DNA of 64,000 nucleotides from Planctomycetota bacterium (GTDB lineage Bacteria; Planctomycetota; B15-G4), in assembly GCA_021604805.1 (NCBI GenBank), contig BQJR01000001.1, forward strand, positions 720,925-784,924, written 5' to 3'. A program made the position numbers and the translations under genes. A model generated the notes under the pieces. The model was not told where the DNA came from. It searched no databases and saw nothing but the letters and a program-made list of their open reading frames with translations. Below are positions 57,054 to 64,000 of this stretch, piece after piece; the first letter of the stretch is position 1; every line of letters begins with the position of its first letter.

Positions 57054-58531
57054 GAGGTTGCCTCGGCGTGGAGTTGATCGTCGAGCTGCACGCCGAGCAC
57101 CTCGAAGAAAGCGCGGCCCTTGTGCAACGTTTCCTGGAACTCGGCCTCGGCCTCGCTGGCCAGCGTGATGCCGCCGCCGACGGGCACGAGCAGTCGCTCA
57201 GCGTGCAGCGTGGCGATGCGGATCGCCACCGAGAGATCCATGTCGCCGTCGGGCGCGATCCAGCCGAGCGCGCCGGTGTACACGTGGCGACGCACGCGTT
57301 CGAGTCGCTCGATGTGCGCCAGTGCCGAGAGCTTCGGTGTGCCCGTGACCGAAGCGGGCGGGAAGGTCGCTTCGAGTAAGTCTGCCAGGTCGACGTCGCG
57401 CGGCAACTCGGCGTGCACGCCGACCACGCGATGGAACACCGTGGGCCAGGCGTCGGTCTCGAAGGGCAGCTGCACGCTCACGCCGCCCATGCGCGCCACG
57501 CGTCCGAGGTCGTTGCGCGCGAGGTCCACGATCATCGCCAGCTCGGCGTTCTCTTTCGGCGACGCTTCCAGTTCGGCGCGCAGCCGGGAGTCGAGTTCGG
57601 GGGTGTCGCCGCGCGGTCGCGTGCCTTTGATCGGACGACTCAGCAGGCTCGCGCCACGGCGTCGCAAGAAGAGCTCGGGCGAGTTGCTCACCACGCTGCC
57701 CTGTTCGCTGCGCAACAAGGCCCCGAAGGGCGACGGGTGATGCGCGCGCAGGCGTTCGGCCAGCGCCGCCGCGCCGCCGCGCCAACCCAGCTCGAAGCGC
57801 TGCGAGAGATTCACCTGGTAGATGTCGCCGTCGAGGATGGCTTCGCGTGCGGCGTTCACGGCGGCGAGGTAGTCGGCGTGCGGCAGCGTGGTGCGCAGCG
57901 CGCCGAAGGGGCCGGCGCGGCTGTGATCCGCGGGCGGCAGCGCGAGCAGTTCGTCGTAGAGCGCGGCGCCGCGGGCGAGGCCCGGTTCGCCGTCGACACT
58001 CAGCAGGAAGCGCGGGCCGCCCCCCACGCGCTCCGCGATCACGAATCCGTAGAGCCCCACAAGCAGGTCGGGCAGCGGCGCGTCGGCGGGCAGCTCGGCG
58101 GGCAGCGCCTCGAGTTCGCGCCCGAGGTCGTAGGCGAACCAGCCGACGGCGCCGCCGGCGAAAGGCGGAGTGTCGTCGAGCGCGCAGGTGGCCTGCGACA
58201 AGGAGTCGGGCGGGCGCTGCGCGCTGCCGGCGGCGATCGGATCCGGCGCGATGTCGCGATTCGCGTCGCGCGTCGCGTCGGGCCAGCGCGCCGCCATCGC
58301 TGCGGCCAACTTCGGGAAGGCGCGCAGCTCGCGCGCGACCGGCGTGTCCGAGGCGCGATGCGTGAGGCGTTCGAGCGGATCGAATACGAGCAGGCGCCAG
58401 CGGCCGTAGCGCTCGTCGTCGCCGGCACCATCGAGCAGCATCGGCCAACGTTCGTCGGGCAAGCGCGCAGCCAGCTCAGCGAGTGGCGGTTCGCTTTTCA
58501 TCTCGAGCGACGCATGGACACGGGGGCTCAT
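57050..58531 (-). CDS. pabB: Aminodeoxychorismate synthase component I (anthranilate synthase I family)
   Basis: PFAGGAVGWFAYDLG, GDIYQVNLSQR, SPELFL, PIKGTRPR, KENAELAMIVDLARNDLGRV, FPPASVTGTPK and YTGALG. Confidence 0.92.
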   Translation of the reverse strand: MSPRVHASLEMKSEPPLAELAARLPDERWPMLLDGAGDDERYGRWRLLVFDPLERLTHRASDTPVARELRAFPKLAAAMAARWPDATRDANRDIAPDPIAAGSAQRPPDSLSQATCALDDTPPFAGGAVGWFAYDLGRELEALPAELPADAPLPDLLVGLYGFVIAERVGGGPRFLLSVDGEPGLARGAALYDELLALPPADHSRAGPFGALRTTLPHADYLAAVNAAREAILDGDIYQVNLSQRFELGWRGGAAALAERLRAHHPSPFGALLRSEQGSVVSNSPELFLRRRGASLLSRPIKGTRPRGDTPELDSRLRAELEASPKENAELAMIVDLARNDLGRVARMGGVSVQLPFETDAWPTVFHRVVGVHAELPRDVDLADLLEATFPPASVTGTPKLSALAHIERLERVRRHVYTGALGWIAPDGDMDLSVAIRIATLHAERLLVPVGGGITLASEAEAEFQETLHKGRAFFEVLGVQLDDQLHAEATS

Positions 58532-58590
58532 GGCGCGCAGTGTAGCGGCCCTCCCCTTCAGTTCTGCCGCAGCGCTCCGAGCAAAGAAAC

Positions 58591-59478
58591 ATGGACCTCG
58601 TCGAGACCTACCTCCAAGAGCGCCGAGCCGTGGAGCAGAGTTCCTCGCACACGCTGCGCGCCTACCGCGGCGACCTGCGCGCGCTGCTCGACTTCGCCTC
58701 CGAGCAAGGTGTAGACGATCCGCTGCAGGTCGACACGCTGCTGCTGCGCGAATGGCTGGCGAGCCTCGAGAACCCGAGCCGCGCCACGCTGGCGCGCAAG
58801 CAGGCCTCGCTGCGCGGCTTCTATGCGTGGTTGGCGCGCACGGGTCGTCAGCCCGAAGACCCCACCGTGCCGCTGCGCGCGCCGCGCAAGGCGCGTCCGC
58901 TGCCCAAGACCCTCGACATGGAGTCGATCGAGAAGCTGCTCGCGACCCCCGCCAGCGACGAACCCGCCGACGTGCGCGACCGCGCGATCCTCGAGCTGCT
59001 CTACTCCACCGGCCTGCGCGTGGCCGAATGCGCCGGCCTGCGCCTCGGCGACCTCGACGGTCGCGGCCGCTCCGTGCGCGTGATCGGGAAGCGCAACAAG
59101 GAACGCCTCGGGCTGCTCGGCGCCCCCGCCCGTGAAGCGCTCGAAGCCTGGTGGCCGGTGCGCACCGCGCTGCTCAAAGAACGTCGCCGCGTGCCGCACG
59201 ACGCGATCTTCCTGAACCTGCGCGACGGCGGCCCGCTCACGCAACGCTCCATGCACCGCTTGGTCGTGGCGCACGCGCGCACGGCGGGGCTGCCACCGGG
59301 CACGTCGCCGCACACGCTGCGGCACTCCTTCGCCACGCACCTGCTCGACAACGGCGCCGACCTGCGCGTGGTGCAAGAGCTGCTGGGACACGAGAGCTTG
59401 TCGACCACGCAGGTGTACACGCACGTGTCGATCACTCGACTGCGAGAGATCTACGCCAAGACGCATCCGCGCGCCTGA
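58591..59478 (+). CDS. xerC: Tyrosine recombinase XerC/XerD
   Basis: HTLRAYRGDL, LPKTL, RDRAILELLYSTGLRVAE, GKRNKER, SPHTLRHSFATHLLDNGADLRVVQELLGH..LSTTQVYTH; catalytic R-K-H-R-H-Y residues are intact. Confidence 0.93.
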   Translation: MDLVETYLQERRAVEQSSSHTLRAYRGDLRALLDFASEQGVDDPLQVDTLLLREWLASLENPSRATLARKQASLRGFYAWLARTGRQPEDPTVPLRAPRKARPLPKTLDMESIEKLLATPASDEPADVRDRAILELLYSTGLRVAECAGLRLGDLDGRGRSVRVIGKRNKERLGLLGAPAREALEAWWPVRTALLKERRRVPHDAIFLNLRDGGPLTQRSMHRLVVAHARTAGLPPGTSPHTLRHSFATHLLDNGADLRVVQELLGHESLSTTQVYTHVSITRLREIYAKTHPRA

Positions 59479-59499
59479 GCTGCGCTCACCGACCGCTGA

Positions 59500-59991
59500 C
59501 TACTGCGTGAGGATGTAGTAGTAGCGCGCCGTGCCGAGCTTCTGGAAGCCGCCCGACTCGAGGTCGCCGTCGTCGACGAGCTCGTCGACTTCGAGCATGT
59601 AGCTGTCGTCTTTGGCTTGGCCGGCGCCGGTAAGGAAGTGCACGCCGAAGGCCGAGGTCACGCCGAGGTCGTCGTCGGTGTCGTAGACACCTTCCACCGG
59701 GGTGCGACGCTCGAAGGAATCGCGATCGATGAAGCCCTCGAGGTCGGGGTGCCAAGTGCCCGACGAAGTGTCCGGCACCTCCTCGCCCGTCTTGAGTTTG
59801 TAGCGCACACAACCGTCGAGGAAGCTGCGCAGATTCTTCGCGACCTGCTTCTTCTTGGCGTCTTCCGACACGTTCTTGAACTGCGGGATCGCGGCCGCGG
59901 CGAGGATCGCGAGGATCAAGATCACGATCATCATCTCCACCAGGGTCAGGCCCTGCTGGCGCGATCGCATGAGCTCTTTGACGGTCCGCAT
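59500..59991 (-). CDS. Prepilin-type N-terminal cleavage/methylation protein (type IV pilin or pseudopilin, about 163 aa)
   Basis: Class III signal RQQG/LTLVEMMIVILILAILAAAAIPQF. Start is ATG 59991 or 59970. Confidence 0.88.
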   Translation of the reverse strand: MRTVKELMRSRQQGLTLVEMMIVILILAILAAAAIPQFKNVSEDAKKKQVAKNLRSFLDGCVRYKLKTGEEVPDTSSGTWHPDLEGFIDRDSFERRTPVEGVYDTDDDLGVTSAFGVHFLTGAGQAKDDSYMLEVDELVDDGDLESGGFQKLGTARYYYILTQ

Positions 59992-60147
59992 GGAGCAGTC
60001 TCTTCGGCTTGGCCCACTGCCGCCGACCGCTCCTTGGTCGAAACTCACCGCAGGCCTCGCTGCTTCTATCGACAAGCCAGTCCCCTTTCTTGAGATCGGC
60101 CGAACCAGGGGTTTCGGCGGCCGTGCCACGCTCGTAGGGTGCGCGGC

Positions 60148-61974
60148 ATGAGCCGCCGACGTCTGCGCCACAGCCTGCATCGCCGCATCCTGCGCGGCGC
60201 CGAGCGAGCGCAGCGCGTGCTGGGCGGCGAATCCACGGCCATGGTGGTGCTCGGAGCGCTCACGGGCGTGGTCTCTGGCCTTGCGGCCGTAGGCTTCGTG
60301 GAGCTCGTCCACCTGCTCAACAGCTTGGCCTGGGCCGGACGACCCGACCTGCGCGGCGTGGTCCCCGAAGACGTCATGGGCCAGGCGGGCGGGCCGCCCA
60401 TGGTGCAGGTGCTGGCGCTGCTCGCGGGCGGGCTGGTGCTCGTGGCCTTCCTCACGCGCAAGCTGGCCCCCGAAGCCGAGGGCCACGGTGTCCCCGACGT
60501 GATGGAGGCCGTGGCGCGACGGCGCGGGATCATGCGCGGGCGTGTGGGCTTCGTGAAGCTGCTCACGTCGTCCCTCACCATCGGCCTGGGCGGCTCGGTC
60601 GGTAAGGAAGGCCCGATCGTGCAGGCGGGCGCGGCCTTCGGATCGCGGCTCGGACGCTATCTCGGCGTGCGCGGACCGAGCCTGCGCACGCTCGTGGGTT
60701 GCGGCGCGGCGGGCGGCATCGCAGCCGTGTTCAACGCGCCCATCGGCGGTGTGCTCTTCGCGCTCGAGATCATCATCGGCGCGTACTCGGTGAGCGCCTT
60801 CGCGCCGGTGCTCATCGCGTCGGTGGCGGGCGCCGTCACCGCGCAACGCTTCCTCGGCGACAACCCCGCCTTCGCGATCCCCGAAGCGCTGAAGGAAGGA
60901 CTCACGCTCACGAGTTCGTGGGAGATGGGCGCTTACGTCGGGCTCGGTCTGCTCTTCGGTGTGCTCTCGGTGGGCTTCACGCGCGGCACGACGCTGATCG
61001 AAGACCTGGCCCACAAGCTGCGCGCGCACTGGACGCTCAAGGCCGCGCTCGCCGGCATCGTGGTCGGCCTGCTCGGCTGGTTGCTGCCCGAGATCATGGG
61101 CGAGGGTCATCACACGGTGACCGAGTTGCTCATCGGCGACTCCACACACCTCACGTGGAAGCTGCTGCTCGCGCTCGCGCTGGTGAAGACGCTCGCCACC
61201 GCGGTCACGCTCGGCGGCGGCGGCTCGGGCGGCATGTTCGCGCCCTCACTCTTCGTGGGCGCCATGCTCGGCGGCGCCTTCGGCCAAGGCCTCGAGTTCC
61301 TGTTCCCCGGACAGGTCGGCAGCAGCGGCGCCTACGCGCTCGCTGGCATGGCCGCGCTGCTCGCCGGCACCGCGCACGCACCGCTCACCGCTTTCTTGCT
61401 GCTCTTCGAGATGAGCGACAACTACCTGCTCATCCTGCCGCTGATGACGGTGTCCGTGTTGAGCAGCGTGATCGCCGGCCGCCTGATGCCCGACTCGATC
61501 TACACGCTGCCCTTGTCGCGTCGCGGCATCGTGCTGCGCGACCGCGAAGACACGGCGCTGCTCAAACAGCTCAAGGTCGCCGACGCGATGAGCGCGCCCG
61601 TGGCGGCGATCCCCGACACGACCACCTTCGATCGCATCGTGCGTCGCCTGCTCGAGAGCAAGCTGCACGACATCCCGGTGGTGGATCAGAACGGCCGTCT
61701 CACCGGCGCGATCTCCCTCGACGACGTGCGCGAGTTCCTGCGCGAGGCGCAACTCGATCACCTGCTGCTCGCCCGCGAGTGCCAACGCAAGGTGACGACC
61801 ATCGCGCCGCACGCGTCGCTGCTCGACGCGATGGAGTTGTTCGAGGAGCACAGCGGCTACGAGGTGCCGGTGGTGCTCACGGGGCGACTCGTCGGCAGCT
61901 TGAAGCGCGCGGACGTGTTGCGGGTCTATCGGCGCACGCTGGTCGAGCAGTCTAGGCGCGCATCACGCGCCTAG
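60148..61974 (+). CDS. CLC-family chloride channel/antiporter with tandem CBS domains (608 aa)
   Basis: GHGVP, GGSVGKEGP (gating Glu), FNAPIGG.LFALE, GGMFAPSL and IY; C-terminal CBS pair (IPVVDQNGRLTGAIS, VPVV..GRLVGSL). Confidence 0.93.
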   Translation: MSRRRLRHSLHRRILRGAERAQRVLGGESTAMVVLGALTGVVSGLAAVGFVELVHLLNSLAWAGRPDLRGVVPEDVMGQAGGPPMVQVLALLAGGLVLVAFLTRKLAPEAEGHGVPDVMEAVARRRGIMRGRVGFVKLLTSSLTIGLGGSVGKEGPIVQAGAAFGSRLGRYLGVRGPSLRTLVGCGAAGGIAAVFNAPIGGVLFALEIIIGAYSVSAFAPVLIASVAGAVTAQRFLGDNPAFAIPEALKEGLTLTSSWEMGAYVGLGLLFGVLSVGFTRGTTLIEDLAHKLRAHWTLKAALAGIVVGLLGWLLPEIMGEGHHTVTELLIGDSTHLTWKLLLALALVKTLATAVTLGGGGSGGMFAPSLFVGAMLGGAFGQGLEFLFPGQVGSSGAYALAGMAALLAGTAHAPLTAFLLLFEMSDNYLLILPLMTVSVLSSVIAGRLMPDSIYTLPLSRRGIVLRDREDTALLKQLKVADAMSAPVAAIPDTTTFDRIVRRLLESKLHDIPVVDQNGRLTGAISLDDVREFLREAQLDHLLLARECQRKVTTIAPHASLLDAMELFEEHSGYEVPVVLTGRLVGSLKRADVLRVYRRTLVEQSRRASRA

Positions 61975-62132
61975 TCGCCGCGCCGGTCCACCGCAGTTCC
62001 CAGCACGAACAAGACCGCGCCGATGCCCAGCCCGCCGAACTGGAAGGCCATGTCGGACACGGCGTAGCTGCGGATCATCACGAAGGTGACGATCACGAGG
62101 CCGATGAATTGCAGGAAGCGTCCGCCAGTCAT
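61971..62132 (-). CDS. Small two-TM membrane protein (53 aa; absent from the ORF track)
   Basis: Manual translation MTGGRFLQFIGLVIVTFVMIRSYAVSDMAFQFGGLGIGAVLFVLGTAVDRRGD. GC3-rich codons; TAGAGT -10-like box 6 nt before the ATG. Confidence 0.7.
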   Translation of the reverse strand: MTGGRFLQFIGLVIVTFVMIRSYAVSDMAFQFGGLGIGAVLFVLGTAVDRRGD

Positions 62133-62148
62133 GCGGGCACTCTAGCAA

Positions 62149-63612
62149 TCAGCGCTCGCGAGCGTTGCGCGCCGATGCCAGTTGGCGCACGAGTTTCTCG
62201 CGCGTGGCCAGGGCCTTGCGCGCTTCGGGGCCTTCGGCAGTCAGCAAGGTGAGCGCTTCGTCCACGGCTTGCACGGCGCCGTCGAGTTCACCGCCGGCCA
62301 CGCGCGCTTCGGCGAGCAGCAACCAGGTGCTCGGGTGGCCCGCGAGCGCGTCGCTGGTGAGTTCTTCGAGGCGCTCGGCGGCAGCCTCGGTGTCGCGCAC
62401 CATCGGCAGCGTGGAACGCAGGCGCAGGCGGGCGGCGAGCAGTGCCGCCTCGGGATCGTCGCGCGGGATGATCAGCAACTTGCTGGCCAGGGTGTGGGCG
62501 CGTTGCACGTCGCCGAACTGCTCTTCCAGACGACAGAGTTCGTAGAGCGCGGAACGGGACAGCGCGTCGTGATCCGCGGCGGGACCCAGCACGCGGCGCG
62601 CCTCACGTTGCTCCCCCATGTCGGCCAGCAGCAGGCCGAGTTCTTCGGCGAGGCCTTGCAGTTCGGGGAGCACGGCGTGCGCGGCTTCGAGCGCGTCGCG
62701 GGCCTTGAGCGGTCGCCCGAGTGCGAGGTAGACCTGGCCCAGCGAGTGGTCGATCGAGGGTTCGGTCCAGCCGATGGCGGCGAAACCGCGGCGCGCCTCG
62801 AGGAAGTGATCGCGTGCGTCGCGCAACGCGTGCAGTTCGTGACACACGGCGCCGAGGTTCGCGGCGATCCAGGGGTTGTCCGGGTCGAGCGCGTCGGCGA
62901 CTTCATAAGACGCCAGGGCTTGGCGCGGCATGCCGAAGTCTCGCAGGGCGTGACCGAGCTCCACGCGCAGGCCGGGATCTTCGGGCGCGATCTCCACGGC
63001 TCGCTCCAGCGCGACCACCGAGGCTTCGTCGAGACCAGCGAGTGAATAGAGTTGCGCCAGGCCGTGATGCGCGACTTGCAGGCTCGGGTCGAGTTCGAGC
63101 GCGCTGCTGAAGGCGGCGTGGGCCGGCTCCCAGAGTTGCAACTCCAGGCACACGAGGCCGAGGCTGCCGTAGTGCTGCGCCTCGTCGGGGGCGCGATGCA
63201 CGGCTTGTTCGAAGGCTTCGCGCGCGCCTTCGAGCTGTTGCAACTCGTAGCGGGCGCGACCCAGGAGCGCCCAGCTGCCGGCGTCGCGGGGGTCCAGGCG
63301 CACGACCTCGAGCAGCTCCAGGGCGGCTTCGGCCGGGCGTTGTTGGTCGAGATGCGCCATGGCGGCGAGCAGGTGCCAGGTGGCGTCGGGCCTGTCGAGC
63401 TCGGCGGCGAAAGCCAGCTCGCGCAGGCAGTCTTGAGGACGACCGGCGCTCAGCGCGCGGGCCGCAGCGTTCAGGAACTCGGTGGCGCGCGCGGTCTGCT
63501 GCGCCTGCGTCCGCAGACTCTCAGCATTGCCCGACGGCGCGACACCGGGGCTGGGCTCGGTCAGCGCGCAGCCGACACAAAGCGGAACGAGGATCAGGAG
63601 GCGGAGCATCAT
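62149..63612 (-). CDS. Tetratricopeptide-repeat lipoprotein (487 aa)
   Basis: Lipobox-like LCVGC; many TPR units such as SWALLGRARYELQQLEGAREAFEQAVHRAPDE. Confidence 0.85.
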   Translation of the reverse strand: MMLRLLILVPLCVGCALTEPSPGVAPSGNAESLRTQAQQTARATEFLNAAARALSAGRPQDCLRELAFAAELDRPDATWHLLAAMAHLDQQRPAEAALELLEVVRLDPRDAGSWALLGRARYELQQLEGAREAFEQAVHRAPDEAQHYGSLGLVCLELQLWEPAHAAFSSALELDPSLQVAHHGLAQLYSLAGLDEASVVALERAVEIAPEDPGLRVELGHALRDFGMPRQALASYEVADALDPDNPWIAANLGAVCHELHALRDARDHFLEARRGFAAIGWTEPSIDHSLGQVYLALGRPLKARDALEAAHAVLPELQGLAEELGLLLADMGEQREARRVLGPAADHDALSRSALYELCRLEEQFGDVQRAHTLASKLLIIPRDDPEAALLAARLRLRSTLPMVRDTEAAAERLEELTSDALAGHPSTWLLLAEARVAGGELDGAVQAVDEALTLLTAEGPEARKALATREKLVRQLASARNARER

Positions 63613-63833
63613 GGTGGTCTCGAGCTGACTGCCTCCTCGGCCGACGCAGGACTCGGGGTGAAGCTCAATTGCCGCAAGCGTCGAGAAGTGCGGGGCCGAC
63701 GCGCGCCCCACCGGCGCAGCTCCTCGAGGTCACCGGCCTCGGGCGGACGCGACGCGGCGGCGCTCCTTCGTCTTCAACTCGCAACGGCAGAGCCGCCGTC
63801 GCGCCGCCCGCCCTCGCTGCCTACACTGCGCCC

Positions 63834-64000
63834 GTGAACTCTCGCTCCCTTGTCCTTCTCGCCGTGGCCGTGTTGCTCGCGGTCTTCGCGGTCTGGTTGC
63901 TGCTCGACGAGACCCCCACGCCCAACGGGGGCAGCGCGCCGCTCGCGCACGAGACGGCAGACAGCGAGCTCGACCCGCGCTTGCCCGCGGAGCTCGGCAG
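63834..64000 (+). CDS. Start of a membrane-anchored or exported protein, 3'-truncated by the window edge
   Basis: GTG 63834 gives MNSRSLVLLAVAVLLAVFAVWLLLDETPTPNGGS..., open to the window end. TACACT lies 6 nt upstream. Confidence 0.6.
   Translation, partial: MNSRSLVLLAVAVLLAVFAVWLLLDETPTPNGGSAPLAHETADSELDPRLPAELG

Noticed and set aside
58591-59478. Tyrosine recombinase as a marker of a mobile element or prophage
   Set aside because: It has a typical chromosomal XerC sequence and size, housekeeping neighbours, and no att repeats or phage genes.
61963-62148. 61-aa ORF-track protein MLECPHDW...
   Set aside because: It is a wrong-frame call. The coding-like frame in this interval is 62132-61971.

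Overview
This is a very GC-rich bacterial chromosomal window, probably from a Planctomycetota lineage such as OM190/UBA1135. That placement is inferred from a PVC-type heme-binding CxxCH protein, an ASPIC/UnbV protein and many lipoprotein, TPR and HEAT genes; it is not a database result. I found no rRNA, CRISPR array, IS element or prophage. Housekeeping genes are a mitochondrial-type aconitase, tRNA-Leu(TAG), a 2Fe-2S ferredoxin, ltaE, an RluA-family synthase, rpmH (missing from the ORF track), ygiQ, dxs, ispA, pabB, a pabC-like gene, xerC and a CLC transporter. Two blocks stand out. (1) An eight-gene, translationally coupled operon (34349-41764) built around a GlmL/MutL-type ASKHA ATPase with no B12 mutase partner. 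It also encodes a soluble barrel-sandwich-hybrid/KOW protein, a DUF6754-like membrane protein, its probable paralog and further integral membrane proteins, and looks like an uncharacterised ATP-driven membrane machine. (2) A head-to-tail array of four sulfatase-fold lipoproteins (3829-12681). They lack the formylglycine motif (T-N-P-[AS]-H in three, a degenerate S-A-P-A-L in the third gene) and share a C-terminal CxxC tail. Other observations include paired secreted esterases with a shared terminal domain, a 1091-aa secreted mosaic protein, several apparently leaderless genes, and an ispA-dxs pair split by an inverted 4.2-kb cytochrome c gene. Most long ORFs in the six-frame track are GC-rich antisense shadows. 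All family assignments come from motif recognition by eye.
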